Below are positions 1-13,944 of a stretch of DNA of 64,000 nucleotides, piece by piece. The position numbers and the translations under genes were made by a program. The stretch lies in NCBI GenBank assembly GCA_951406725.2, contig OX597814.1, positions 97,712,001 through 97,776,000 of the forward strand, read 5' to 3'. Below the pieces are notes generated by a model. That model had not been told where the DNA came from. It ran no database searches and saw only the letters and a program-made list of their open reading frames with translations. The stretch is from Octopus vulgaris. Taxonomy: Eukaryota. Numbering within the stretch: position 1 is the stretch's first letter; the number at the start of each line of letters is the position of its first letter.

Positions 1-2320
1 GGTTTTTGTGATATTGTCTCTAAGGCCCTTCGATTCTAAACCTTGCTTCCACACTTGAAATTTCTTCTCTAGTTCTGGTAGTGATTCTGCTATGAGGGCC
101 AGGTCATCAGCATAGAGGAGCTCCCAGGAGCAACCTGTCTTGAACTCCTCTGTTATTGCCAGGAGGACTATGCTGAATAAGAGGGCGCTGAGGGCTGATC
201 CTTGGTAGACCCCTACTTTTACTCAGAATTCTTCCCTATACTCATTGCCACTCTAACCTTACTAATGGCATCTCTGTACAGCCCTTATTAACTAGTCGTC
301 AATCCCTAGTTTCCGCATCGCCCACCAGACAAGTATAGGAGTTTATCTTTGGCTAGATATTTCTCCTGCAATTGCCGCAACAGGAATATAGCATCAGTGG
401 TGCTTCTACCTGGCACAAAACCGAACTGCATTTCATCTAAGCAGACTCTCTCCGTAATTAATTGGGCTATGATCCTCTCCGTGACTTTCATCACCTGATC
501 CAGCAATTTGATACCCCTGTAGTTATTTCTATCTAAAGCTTCGCCTTTACCCTTGTCGCAGTTGACTATGGTGCTGCTACGCCAGTCATTGGGTATGACT
601 CCATCATGAACTACCTGGTTTACAATACGGGTGACTAGGCCATAACCCACATCACCAGATATTTTAAGCATCTCAGCAGTGATTCTCGATGGCTCGGGCT
701 TTTCCTGGCTTCATACCCTTAATTGCTTTATCTACCAGGGTGCTGTCTATTCGGATAGCTGGTCCCTCTACTGGGTCAACATCTGGCAGGCTCTCCTCCT
801 CCCATTCATTCTCCACGTTCAGCAGTCTTTCAAAATGGCTTCTCCAAGCCTCTTTCTTTTCAGAATCATTAAAAGCAAGTGCACATTTCTCTCTTGTAAC
901 ATCACAATTTTCTCTCACACATTATCTTGCAATCCGAAATACTTCAGTTCTTTGGTCCTCACATCGCTGAACATTGGCAAACTTTTTATCTGCTTCTCCC
1001 CTGGCTATGTATACCTGTCGCCCAGCCTCCCCCTTAGTTATCTTGTACAGTTCATTGCTACCCCAAATCTTCCAGGCTTTCCAGGCCTGTTTCTTTGCTC
1101 TAATGGCTTTGTCTACCGTATTATTCCACCACTACGTTACTCTAGGTCTGGAAAGGACTGCACCATCCGCAGACTTGGTCTGTGGCACTTAGTAAGCTGT
1201 CCCGTAGAAATTGCCAGCTACCCTCTATGTTCGAAGTATGTAGCTCCACCTCCCTCTCATCAAATTTCTTGATAAGGATGTCCCTAAATTTCTGACCATG
1301 TGAAGGGTTCTTTAGCTTCCAAATCCTTCTTTTCTGGATTGGTCTGTTTCTTGGCGTCCTTCTGGCCTCGAGTCTAAAGTCACTAATAACTAGTTTATGC
1401 TGGAGGGTACATTCTTCACCCAAGAGGCTTTTTGTAAATAAAGAGCAACCCTGCGTCCCCACTGTCTGGTGAGGATGAAATTAATCTGGCTAGCAGAGTC
1501 ACCTGATTGATAGGTTATCAAGTGGCTGTCTGGCTTCCTGAAGTTGGTGTTGCAGATTAAAAGGTTACATGCATCACAGAACTCCAGTAGCCTAGTTCCC
1601 TTTTAGTTTCGGGAACCAATATCATGCCCCGCATGTACACCAGTGAAGATACCAGATTGCCATCCAACATGCCCATTAAAATCTCTAGCTGCAAAGCTGA
1701 ACTCATTGTCACTTGTCTTTGAGGTAGCCAGTAGGAGGGTATCATAAAAATGGTCCTTCTGATCATTTGATAGGCCCGCTTGTGGAGCGTAGGCAGAGAT
1801 AATTGTAGCTGTACTGTTCTGCAGGACTAGCCTGAGCTTAAGCACTCTATCGCATACCCTGACAACCTCTATGACCTTATCCACCCATTTCTCCGCAAGG
1901 AGTATGCCTACACCCCCTACTCCATCCGTGTTACCTTTCCAGAAGATTTTATACCCATGTATCTTGCCTGTGAAGACCCTAGATGAAGCTCCTCTCCATC
2001 TTACCTCTTGTATGCAGCATACATCGACACGTCTCCTTTCAAGTATCTCTATAATCTCACTAGACCTACCGTTCAGTGTGCCTACATTGACAGTGCCAAC
2101 TCTGAAAACTGGGAAAGGAATGTGGGGAGAGGCTTGAAGAGGGGAGATGTTAATCAGCGCCTGAAAAGGAGGTTGTTGTTCATTTGTTAGACATGCTTCA
2201 CCTGCTCTCACTTCCGATCTGACATCATTCAAACATTCAAGCGTGTTAAGATTGTTTCCTCTACTGGGGGTAGGAGTAGGTATTAGCAGCATTGTAAGTA
2301 TATGCATTATGAACATCGTA
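1..2320 (-). mobile_element. RTE-clade LINE, degenerate (APE endonuclease + reverse transcriptase), running off the window edge
   Basis: APE motifs GTVNVGTLNGRS, VCCIQEVRW, IISAYAPQ, DFNGHVG. RT motifs NYRGIKLL, QFGFVPGRSTTDAIF and LLYADDL (~100-121). Broken by frameshifts and an internal deletion. Confidence 0.9.
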
Positions 2321-2748
2321 AAAACGTAAATTTAAGCATTACTGGTGTTGCAAATAAGAATATTCTAATGTTAGATTAAGTAGGGTGTCAGCTAAACTAG
2401 TTGCATTTGTCCAGGGAGAGGAGATTGCAGGTATGATGGAGGGTACCACCAGTGAGGGAGGGGGTGTTCGGACAGAGAAAGAGAGGAAACGAGCTCGACC
2501 ATACATACACAAGCACGCGCATGCATGCACACACACACACACACACACAGACAAGAACAAGCACGCACGCACACAGACGCAGACACACACACAGAGGAAA
2601 AGCACGCACAAACAACCCATTAGCTTTCTCTTTCACTTTGATATGTCCATGGAAAATTACCGGGTAGTTGTTGACAAATTTCTAGACAAAACGAAACGAA
2701 AGATAGCCGGTTAAGTAGGTGGGCAGCTAAGCTAGTTGCATTTGTCCC

Positions 2749-2788
<40 letters not shown>

Positions 2789-3441
2789 AGGTAATATAGA
2801 GAACAGCACCAGTGACGAGGGGGGTTGAGAGAAGAGATATCTGGTAATAGTGGTGGGAGGAGAGAGAGATATCTGGTGTAGATGGTGGGAGGAGAAAGAG
2901 ATATAGAGATATCCGGTATTGGTGGTAGGGTGGGAAAGGGCGGGCGCACCATGAATAAGCAAGGTTTAATTTGGAGAGATGGTATGAGGCAGATTTCCAG
3001 CTTAGCAAAATTCCATGAAGAATTTAGAGGAATGAAGAGAGAGATATTAGGAAATTAAATTGGCTTACGAAACTAGCAATTGGTAAATAATATTCATTTA
3101 AAGTGTCCATGGCGGATGAGAAATTAAACATGCAAAGAGATGAGAAATTATCTTAGCAAAATTACATGAAGAATTAAGGAGGAACGAAGGTTGAGAGAGA
3201 TTAAGAAGTTATATACTGAGGGGTCAGTTAAAATGGTTAGCTTACTCTTACTCTTTTTACCTGTTTAAATCATTGCCTGTAGCCATTCTGGGGGTGTCAC
3301 CATTAGTGTTACTTTTAGCTTATTTCATTTCTACAGCCCCCTCTCTGTAGTTGGTTTTGGGTAAAGAGCAAGGTGGATATTGTCACCCACATTTGTATAT
3401 AATCTTAAATGAACACTATGAATAATAATAATAATAATAAT

Positions 3442-3715
3442 AATGATTTTATGATTCAGTGCGACCATGAGATAGAGAATAGGAAGCCAGACATAGTCTT
3501 AATTGAGAAAGAAAGCAAACTATGCTGGATCATAGATATAGCATGCCCAGCTGACAACAAGGTATGTAATAAAGAAGAAAAGTCGATAGGTATGACAGGT
3601 TAGCTTGGGCAGTAAAGCAGCTGTGGTCAATGAAAAAGGTGGTAGTGGTACCAATAATTGTCGGAGCCCTGAGAACAGTGAGTAAAAATCTCAAGAAGTA
3701 CATGGAACAGTTAAG
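3442..3715 (+). mobile_element. 3' fragment of an R4/Dong-like (RLE endonuclease) non-LTR retrotransposon next to an (AAT)n tract
   Basis: DFMIQCDHEIENRKPDIVLIEK..CWIIDIAC and VVPIIVGAL motifs; similar to 57500-57730; preceded by (AAT)n. Confidence 0.75.
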
Positions 3716-3785
3716 CAAACAAATGAAAAATTTCAAGAATTTCAAATGAATAAGTGAAGTCGTTTTTATCTCTTTAATAATGTAA

Positions 3786-3796
3786 TTTATTTTATT
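3786..3796 (-). promoter_or_regulatory. Candidate polyadenylation signals (AATAAA x2) for BRAP
   Basis: tttatt twice on the + strand, about 200 nt downstream of the BRAP stop; AT-rich context lowers specificity. Confidence 0.4.
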
Positions 3797-3993
3797 GATA
3801 TTTTAATCTTTTAATACATTATAATAAACTTAGCTACAAAGCTTTGCAAGATATTTTCCAATAATATTTAAAAATGAAATTATAATGGACAACATTAAAT
3901 TGTTTGTATTGGAATATATAGATAAAATTTTAAATTTTCAATATACAGTGGATTCGTTTTTTTGATAGTGAATGCAAATTGATAATTTTAATA

Positions 3994-4188
3994 TCAATGC
4001 TTTCTTTGTCTGCTGCGACGAGAATTTCCTAAAACAGAATTAGTGGTCCTAGAAGCACCAACAATTACCTGTCCTCCTTGTATTTCTTCTTGAGATATTT
4101 CCTCAAGCCCTTCTTGTCGAGTAAGCTTTTGTTGTGCTTCTAAATGAAACATCATATCACGCAACTGCTCTTGTAACTCCTGAATTTC
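3994..4188 (-). CDS. BRAP: BRAP last coding exon (EIQELQEQLRDMMFHLEAQQK...RRSRQRKH*)
   Basis: tttcag acceptor, phase 0, 65 codons ending in TGA; conserved C-terminal motif. Confidence 0.92.
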   Translation of the reverse strand, partial: EIQELQEQLRDMMFHLEAQQKLTRQEGLEEISQEEIQGGQVIVGASRTTNSVLGNSRRSRQRKH

Positions 4189-7100
4189 CTGAAACGCAAA
4201 CCAAAAAAAGGATTACTTTTTAAATTCGCAATAACAACTTTTCTTTACTTTTTTTGTTTTAAACTATTTTATAGCCATAGGGAGTGTGAAGTTGCCTAGC
4301 AATGAAGTGTGACAATAGAAAATATCATTAGAAAACTAAGGAAGACATGGTGGGGAGGATGTTTAAGGTGTTGGAGTTCACATTCAAAATGATACAATCA
4401 TGATGAAAAATGATATGCAACATGGAGAAACAAACTCAAAAATGAATGAGGCAGTAATAGTAATGGCAATGATGATGAGGAGGAGGAGGAGGAGGAGATA
4501 AGAAGCAAGAAGAGGAAGACAAGGAGCAAGGAGAGGAAGACAAAGAGCAAGAAGAGGAACTGGTGGAAATCTCAATATATATATTTGTTATATGTAAGTT
4601 AAATGTCTTTCTAGTTATTGACCAGTTAACTGGGGGAAATAAAGTGGCACCTAATCCAAACCAATTAAACAAGGTCAAACAAAATAATCCATTTAGCATT
4701 GAGTCACACACACACAGCCCTGTAGCTGTAAGCTCACCTTGAAATAACCATTTAAAGCTAGTCACTCTGCTTTATTTTCTTATGCAACAAAAACATTTTA
4801 TATTTCAAGAAATGATTTCTAAAATTAAAGGATATGATATTTTTCATTTCACCTTTCTACTTCTCACCACCAATAATGGTTAATTGCCTGTATTTCTGAG
4901 ATCACAAGTTTCTGTTTGTCTGACAAAGACATGAAAAATGAGCTTGATAGTCCAAGAGATTTAACTTGTCACCTGTAGCCAACTTACATTTGTCTGTCTT
5001 TACAGTAAGATCACTAGGTTACTCCTTCAGTCAGCTTATTTACTTGACAAATGACAGTCATAAGCAAAGAGAGTGTTGTGACACAGTTACATAACGCTAA
5101 GATATTTTTGGCCAACGAAATCATTTTATCTTGCAAATACAACTTACTTAAGTTTAATGAGTGCTTTCCTAGTTAGATAAATCAGTTGTAACAAGAGTAC
5201 TGGTTTTTAGGAAATATAAGTGTAAACACACACAGAACAGGTTTCAATATAATTTTTATTTGCTACATTTCATTCGGAAGACATTGATCCACCTATAATA
5301 GAAGATACTTGCTCAAGGTGCCATGAAATGAGACCAAAATTAAAACCTGATTGTTGCAAAGTTAACATTTTGACTGTCCAGCCATGATTGCTATATATAT
5401 ATATACATAACCAATATATTGATATATTGCATTTTAAATCTACAATACATTGTGGTGCTATTCTACTTCATTGGAGTAGCTACTGTACTTCATTCACGGG
5501 GTCTGTATGTTCAAGTCCAATCACATGAATTTGGTGTATTTAACTCACAACTTCACAGAGAAATTTCTCCAAGCCAAAATATTACAGATACTGCTGTAAC
5601 ACTTAGCTTAAACATTATAAATATTATACACACTGATATTGCAATCTAAAGCTGTTTTAAGGGAGTTTATTAATTTAACTCTAGCGTGGCTAGCATTCCA
5701 CATATCAGTGAATGTTTACTTTATTGATTTCTATATACGAGAACAAGCATTTCAGCTTAGCTCAGAATGTATTTGTCATTGAGGAGACCAAACCAGGTTG
5801 AAATACTGTCTCTGATGATCCACCAATGCTCTGGACAAAGCCCTGACTTTTTATCACACGAGTCTTTTTGAGAAGCTTCTCTGAAATAAAATATCAAAGC
5901 TAATACCATTCCACATTTGTATACACATTACTAATACTATACACACTAGTAGTTTAAATGTTGCAAAGTTTGACATAGTTTTAAAGTAATTCAGCAGTAG
6001 TGTGCAGAAATAAGTATTTTATATCAGTTCTTTAATGCTGGAAATAGAATATTTGAATGACTATATGTTGGTATATTTCTAGAATGTTTTCTCATCAGAA
6101 GCCTACTGTCACAAAATTACAACAGTACTTAAGAGTATCCTCACCCCCACCTCCACCAGCTAATAGATTAATATGCTTTACTCAAAGATAGAAATGAATG
6201 ACCTTTAAAACACAATCATTTTAAAGTTTTATTAAGAACAGAGACTAATGTCAGAAACAAATACAATGCTATCAACAAAGTCAAGTGCCAAAACAAATCA
6301 AAATTTATATATACACACAAGAGAAACTGATTGACATGTAACTTTGTGCAGTGAGAAAAAAACAAAACAAGCAATTATGCATGAGTTCAAAGTCCTAATC
6401 TAACACATGTGCTGTCTTTGTAATGTAATTTCTTCTCTAAGTTAATAATGATGATGGTGGTGGTAGTGGTGGTGGTGGTGGTGATGATGATGATGATGAG
6501 GATGACATTGATGACCATGGTGACGATGTAAACATAAACAGAACCAGAACTTCTATCCAAATATTATTATCCATTAGATTTGACAAGTGACAAAAGTAAA
6601 TTTGTTTAGAGATGAATGAATGGATGTTTCAAAAAGGAAAGAAGAAAAATGTGACACTACTTATTGAATGAGGAGAAAATAAAGCATTTGCGAACAAAAC
6701 TCAAACTTCAAAAACAATGATGGTTAAAGCACATATGTATTCATATTCAAGAGATGGTGACAGTTGATCTCCCAATGAAACCAGGGAAGCTAGGTTTCCA
6801 TTGATTTTTTTTTTTTTTCCCCAAATTATTGATGCTATCTGTCAACTCACAACTTCTGAAAAGAATGTTACCAATTTTGGTGACTGGACAGAATTTCAAC
6901 TCATCTTGGATTGGTATTTATTTTAATTGGAAGAGGTGCAGGCACGGCTGTGTGTTAAGAAGTGTGCTTCCTGCCTACATGGTTTTGGTTTCAGTTTCAC
7001 TGAATAGTACTTTGGGCAAGTGTCTTCTACTACAGCCTTGGGTTGATAAATAGCTTTGTGAGTGGATTTAGAAGATGGAAACTGAAAGAAGCCTACCTGA

Positions 7101-8670
7101 TATATGTGTGTGTGTATATATAACAGTAATATCAGTGCCAAGCAGTGTTTAGGCATAAGTGAACTTTAGGTTAGCTAAAATATATTTGTGATATATTTCA
7201 ATTGCTAAAGGCAAATTCATTGCAGTTACCATGGAGAAAAGTTCTCTCTTATGGTAAAAAGAAGTGTAAAAACACCATATCTGTCCAGTGCTGCCACCTG
7301 TCAGATTCCAAGACATCGATGTTTCTAGCTTCTTAACCATTATCAATGGGAAATATTGAAGAGAGGCAACTCTGGACAGACCTAACCAACTCAACAAATC
7401 AATACACACACAGACACACACCATGCTTCTGCAGTTTCCTTGAAACAAATTTCACTTGCTTCCCAACCCTATGGTTTTGAATTATAACTCATAGCATACT
7501 ACATCGGGTATCTAGCCCCAGGCTAACCAAAGTCTTGTAAACGGGATTAGTAGAGGTACGTGTGTGTGTGTGTGTATATATGTGTGTGTATATCTTTATC
7601 TTGACATTGCATGACACTTGTAAACAATACTATACAAGCTGTGTCATTCGTTTCCAATCTTCCATGTCCAGTCATGCACAGATATCATCTTGTTATGAAA
7701 CAAGTGAGGACTGGTGACAGGAAGGGCAGCTGGCCATAGGAAATCTGCCTCTGACCCATGTAAGCACGGAAAAGTGGATGTTATAATGATGAAGTTATTC
7801 ATCAACCCAAGTAGAAGGCATTTTTTCAAGGTGCCACACAGTGGGATTAAACCCACCAGAACTATGTAGTTACAAGACAAACTTCTTAATCACATGGCTA
7901 TGACTGAGCTTAATTCACACTGAACAAACTAAGAAAATTTATCACTCTAGCTGCAAATAATAGGTGAACTTGTAAAATTTTTCAAGTATAATACAACTAC
8001 TGGTGGAATAGAGAGGGGAGTGATATATCAGATGCTAATGACTCTGATGCAATTCTTTGTTAAATAGGCCATGCTGAGAAAGAGGAACTAAACGATGATA
8101 ACAGAGAAAGAGTGGTGGTTGATATTGAGAAAGTGTGTGTGGAGACATCTGTATGTGTGAGTGATGGTAATAGAGAGAAGGCCTGTGGGAGTACTGGCCT
8201 ACACTACATGTATAAAAGGAGTATATCAGATTCCATTCAAACTCCACTATATCTTACAAGTATGGTGAAACATATATTAATGGAGACAGTGATAGAAGCT
8301 AAGGTACATAGCTATATCAGGGCCCTTTATTTCATCTTGTATTTGCTAAGTCTCCACCAGCTGCCCTTATTGCCTTTACTCCACATTCAGCAACCTTTCA
8401 TAATAGCACTTCCTTGGCACTTTTCTTTCAGTATCAGTAAATGCAAGAGTACTTTTCCAAATACACTTCCTCAAAGATGATAGAGTTCTCGGTAGCATCA
8501 CACTATCACAACCTGGAACATCTCATGCCTCTGATTCTTACATTGCAGAACGTATGCAAATTTCTTATTCTGGCTTCTCCCCTAACTCTAAAAGATCCAT
8601 TGTAATCCTTTGTTATTCAAGGAATAGCATGGTAGGAAGAAAGGACCAGAGAGTTACAGGTGGTGTGCAG

Positions 8671-9255
8671 CAGTGCTCCACAACCTTTTCTCACTTACAG
8701 TACACTTATATTCTTTTCAAAATTCAGCAGCACACCTGAACTAAAAATATAACTATAGGTGTAGGAGTGGCTGTGTGGTAAGTAGCTTGCTTACCAACCG
8801 CATGGTTCTGGGTTCAGTCTCACTGCATGGCACCTTGAGCAAGTGTCTTCTACTATAGCCTCGGGTCAACCAAAGCCTTGTGAGTGGATATGGTAGACAG
8901 AAACTGAAAGAAGCCCATCATATATATGTGTATGTGTGTGTGTGTGTGTGTGTCTGTGTTTGTCCACCCAACATCACTTGACAACCGATGCTGGTGTGTT
9001 CACATCCCTGTAACTTAGCAGTTCAACAAAAGAGACCGATAGAATAAGTACTAGGCATACAAAGAATAAGTCCCGGGGTCAATTAGCTCGACTAAAGGCG
9101 GTGCTCCAGCATGGCCACAGTCAAATGACTGAAACAAGTAAAAGAGTAAAGAGTAAAAGTATAGGGAAGACATTATATTCAAGTTACACTGGGGCACACC
9201 TAGCATCATTTCATGGCACACCAGTGTGCTGTGGCAAACTGGATGTGGAGCACTG
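8671..9255. mobile_element. hAT/Charlie-like MITE with a nested SINE
   Basis: TIRs cagtgctccacaacc / ggatgtggagcactg and a ggcacac subterminal motif; no clear TSD. Confidence 0.55.
8758..9160 (+). mobile_element. tRNA-derived octopus-type SINE (near full length)
   Basis: tRNA-like head (tggctgtgtggtaag...ggttcagtc), core ggcaagtgtcttctactatagc..gccttgtgagtggat, tail gactgaaacaagtaaaagagtaaa. Related copies near 6935, 19055(-), 30546(-), 37003, 47710(-), 49025, 60820. Confidence 0.85.
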
Positions 9256-9849
9256 ATGTAGCAGATGATTGAATATGGGCAGATCTAGTGCATCACTCAT
9301 TCCATGATTGCATGGATAGTGGATAGAGGAGTATGGGGGATGAGAGGACAATGAATAGAAGATGAGAGCAACAAGCAGAGATTTAGGAGGTACAAGATGA
9401 GTAATGTGCATTCCAGCCTCGAATATTGTCTTCTATTAATGTACATTACACCATGTTTGCAGAGATGGTAGTCTTCAACACTGCATATCACTCATCAGTA
9501 GAAACCACTTTTCTATCACTTTTCACCACTTTGTCCCAAATCTTTCTCAGTTATCCACTTTCATATCAATCCATGTGCATTATATGCTCATACCAGCACA
9601 GACTTGTCTTTTGCATGCTACATCTAATTCCTGTTATACCTAGTTTTTCTCTCAGCACATTTGTACTCTATTGTACATACACAAACACATCCAGTAGAAA
9701 AGGCTCACTTCATTTCTTTTTAGTCTGTTTAAGTCTTCTACATTCAAAGTTCATATTTAACTACTATGCAATGTTGCACTTTATATGCAACCTTTGTAAT
9801 ATATTTCCTTCTTTCTGAGAGAGAAACACTTTGTTGCTAAAAGAGGCAA

Positions 9850-11150
9850 TAGTTCCCTGAACTTTTGTCAACCTGTTTTTAATCTGGCTACTATGCTTTC
9901 AGAAGACCAACCTCAACTGCTAATAAGGTCACTAGTTAACAGAAACCATCAAGCACTTCCAAAGAGCTGCCATGACAGTTGAGAAAGACTATTTTGTATG
10001 GGCTCTTAATGCTTAATGTCCCTGAGCACCAGCTGCATATGAAGTCTACTTTGTCTATTAACTTACCTGTGATCCCACTATATTACTTAGGTGTCAACTG
10101 TTTACATTAAGCACACCAAAAAGAGATTCTACTTACTCCTTTTCTGCATAGTAAAACTTTTGTCATTACTAAGTTTACTTAAATATTTTGCTTCAATGTC
10201 TGGAATTTCTCCAAATTTTCTATGAACAATAGTTCCCATGAACAACTGTTCCTAAACTCCTCTGTTATAATTTGGACTACAATAAACAGGAGGGGCCTGA
10301 GAACTGAGCTCTAAAAGACCTCTACCTGAATACTAAATTAACATTAAATTCAATGCTGACTCTTACCTTGTTGACAACACCTCTGTGCATGACATGTACA
10401 GCTTTCAGAAGACATTTATCAACCCCTAGCTTCCTCAACAACTCCCTATCACAAAGTGATGGCATATATCAAAGCCTTTTTCAATTGTCTCTCTAAGCAC
10501 TGGCCATGTCACTTCTTGGTACAAAGTCTAACTGCATCTTTTCCAGGTTAATGTTGTCCCTAATTAACTTTGCAATAATACTTTCATAACTTGATCCAAC
10601 AATTTGATGCTTCTGTTGTTTCCTCTCTCCAGAACATTTCATTTGCCCTTGTAGCAATTGACAATGATACTTGCCAATTACTGGGTATGAAATCTTCCTG
10701 TACAAGCTGATTAACAATGCATATGACTAGCCTGTGCCTCACTCCAATAGACAGTTTAAGCACATCAGTGGTAATTCCTGATGGACCACATGTCTTCCCT
10801 GTCCTCATATCCATAATTGCTCTACTTACCATACCACCGTCAACTTGGATGGCTGGTCCCTATTAGGTCTGCATAAATTCTCCCATAAATTCTCCATATT
10901 TAGTAACCACATAAAATATCACTTTCATATTTTTCTTTCCAGTAACAGTAAGGATACATGTGCCACTATCACTCTGGAAAAACTTCTCTCCAACAATACC
11001 AGTTTTCTGTAGCACACTGTCTTGCATTTCCAGATACTTCATATTGCTGATTCTCACAGTCCAAAACATGTGAATTTCTTACTCTCTGTCTCTTTCCTTC
11101 TCAAGTATACTTTTTTAAGTACATTTGATACTTAACTTTTCTTTTAGCTA
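9850..11150 (-). mobile_element. Old degenerate RTE-clade LINE fragment
   Basis: Decayed match to the element at 1-1300 (GKTCGPSGITTDVLKL, MQLDFVPRS). Confidence 0.65.
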
Positions 11151-11459
11151 CTTAGGAATGCTTTTTGTTTCCCCCTTCTTTCCAATCTTTTTGAATATTT
11201 TATTATTTCTATAAATGCATTAAAAAACTTTATGTATTAAAAAAAATACATAAAAAATGAGTCAAAAACCTGAAAAAAATGAACACAGAATATTTTTTGG
11301 TTAAATTTGTTCAAGCCAGTTCTCTTACTTCAAGAGTCTTTTTATATATTCTGGTGGAACATAAAGACTGTTTTCACACTACATCCCAAATACAACTGAG
11401 GAACTTGGAAGGAGTAAGTTTGCAAATTTGGATAACTGTGTATGCCCTGGGAAGACAAT

Positions 11460-11739
11460 CATCCTGATGTTCCGAGCAAAACTTTCATCAGAAAGAGAAC
11501 ATTTTTGTAATATTTATAATGGCACCAAGAACATACAATTGAAGAATGTGTGAAGGAGAAAAGAATAAAGGAGGAAGTGGCCAGGTTAAAAGGGTGTTGA
11601 CAGGTGGTCGGTGGCCAGAATGACAAAATGAAGTAGAGGGAAAAGACAAAGAGAGTTAAACAGATGCTAAATTTATGGCAGATGTGAGTTGGGGGAGTAA
11701 AAGCTGTAATGGATATATGTTATAACTATACATTCTATA

Positions 11740-11773
<34 letters not shown>

Positions 11774-13330
11774 TATGTATATATAAACAGACACATATAC
11801 AAACATTATTTACAAATCCACATATTTAAACAAGCATTAACACAAGCAGGAAGAGAAGAAAATATGGTCTTAGTAGGAGAAGGAAGAGTAACATGTAAAT
11901 GTATAGAGAGTGAGAATGAGTGTTAATGTGTGCATGCAAATAAATTTTCTAAGGGTTCTTGAAGAATGTATGAAGAAGGAAAGAGACAGGAGAAAGGATT
12001 AAGGAAGGAGGAGGCAACCAGGCAAAAATGGTGTTAATAGGTCAGTAGAGCTGAAAGAGAAAAATAACAATTTGTAGGAAGGGAGGAAAGCAATGCACTG
12101 ATGTAAGAATGTGTGTCTCTCTGTGCATGCACATATCAATATAGATATTCACAAAATGGGAGGAGAGGAAGAAAAACTCAAACTGTTTCTTCATGCCCGT
12201 TGGAGAACCATGCCAAGTGTAAAAGCAAATTGGTTTTCCATTTGTTTAGAAATGTATGAAGAGGTCTCATGATGTCCACTAACTTTGGTAATCAAGTTAT
12301 TGCACATCAGTGTGTGATTTGGTATGTTGAAATAGGAAGCCATAGGTTTGCAGATGCTCTGAATGATTTTAATGAACAAGATGTTTTGCAGAAGCCACTT
12401 TATAAAATGTATCCTGTTTCATTAATACATAATGTGTTGCAAAGTCTGCATGCAATATAGAAGATGAAGTAATGTATTAGATGGCATATATGACACTTCT
12501 TTTTTTTCTCAAAATATGTCTTTAAAAAAAAAATCACCCTGGGTCCTATATGCCAAGTTGAACCTATATCATTGCGTTATTAAACTAAAATCTTTTCTCT
12601 TCAATATATGCTGGAGAAATTGGGGTGCATTTAATATGCCCATATGTTTTGTATGCTATCAAATATGGTAAATGAAATACAGTTAAAGGCTGGTGATATT
12701 GGAGATGAAAGAATGGAGAAATACATCTGTGATGAGAGCTTTTGAAGACACTTGGTAAAGTGCAGCTATGCACATTCTAACCAAAAAGTCATGACATTTT
12801 ATTGGTTTTTCCCTAGAAAGAAGTGGGATCAGTTACAAGGTCAGAGAGCAGAAAGTGGGAGGTACAAAGGAGTGTTCATTTTAATGGGTAAATGGGTTGA
12901 TGAAAGATATATATTAATTTGATCTTTTTGTATGCATGTGCTTGGTAGGAATGTGTGGTTCAGCTGATAACTGAGGTTTGATGAAATGTATCATCCACTA
13001 CCAAGAACTAAATTTGAAGAAAAGGGACAACATGAAGACAGTTTCAACTGCACAGCCTGTTCATGAAGAGAAAGTGGGAAGAAGAGGCAAGATTCAGTAT
13101 GGGGATGAGAGGAATGCTAGTTGGGATAGATGAGGGAATTTGTAGACTTGTAGTAGACAAAGATGGACTGACAGGTGTTGGCAGTAGCATCAGAGATGGC
13201 TAAAAAGCTAACAGAAGTGTCAGGTACAGCAAATGCTAATTTAAATGCAGAATGGAGTGATCCTTCCTTCTGCAAATTCCTCTTACTTCATTCTTCTAAC
13301 ACACATTCTTGTATGTTCTCAGTACTACTA
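11460..13330 (-). mobile_element. Degenerate Penelope-like element relic (RT fragment and hammerhead-like pLTR remnant)
   Basis: Minus strand 13100-13255 reads HSAFKLAFAVPDTSVSFL...VYYKSTNS..HSSHP, a PLE RT-like signature. ctgatga-aag-ttttg-ctc-ggaac at 11464-11497(-). Boundaries approximate. Confidence 0.55.
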
Positions 13331-13944
13331 TAAAAATTTGTACACCTGTGTATACTGACAAACGTTTCCTACCAACAACAAATCTATGCATTACTATTTT
13401 TCCTCCACCAAAACAATATTTTTTCTATTCCTGCCTGTATGCAGATATGTTTGTTTCCCCATGCTAGCATGGAAGGCAGACATTAAACGATGATGATGAT
13501 ACAACACCTTTTTAGAATCCTTTCCTTCTCAACAACAATTGGCCAATGCTGAACTCATCAGTCTTTCTGAAACATTTCAGTTTATCACACTGGCCATTCC
13601 TATCAACACCATTTTTTTTTCTGCCCAGTTTCCTCCTTTTCCCTCACATTATCTTCTCCATTCATTCTTCAGGCATATATCCTCCTTACTATCATCAACA
13701 TTTAAAATAATTTTCTAGCCAAGCCCAACCAGCTTATGCAAATCTGCAAATTTTATGAAATAATTTTTACCAACACAAAGCATGACAAGCCATACATTTG
13801 AATAAACAAAAATGTGGTACAAGCAATTCCAAAGATCAATGCTTTGATGACACTGTAGTAGTGCTAACAATAAGTAATAATAATCCACTAACATTACCTA
13901 CATCAACTCAACAGGGTAACAAGCGAGACTATGCAGTCATTTAA

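Noticed and set aside
679-1272. 197-aa plus-strand ORF
   Set aside because: Antisense shadow of the RTE LINE ORF.
2339-2380. LTLEYSYL peptide resembling BRAP LTLEYTYL (duplicated exon or retrocopy?)
   Set aside because: Only about 8 residues, poor nucleotide identity and no flanking similarity; most likely chance.
4384-4765. Leu/Ser-rich ORFs resembling signal peptides
   Set aside because: Translation of a purine-rich simple repeat in the last BRAP intron.
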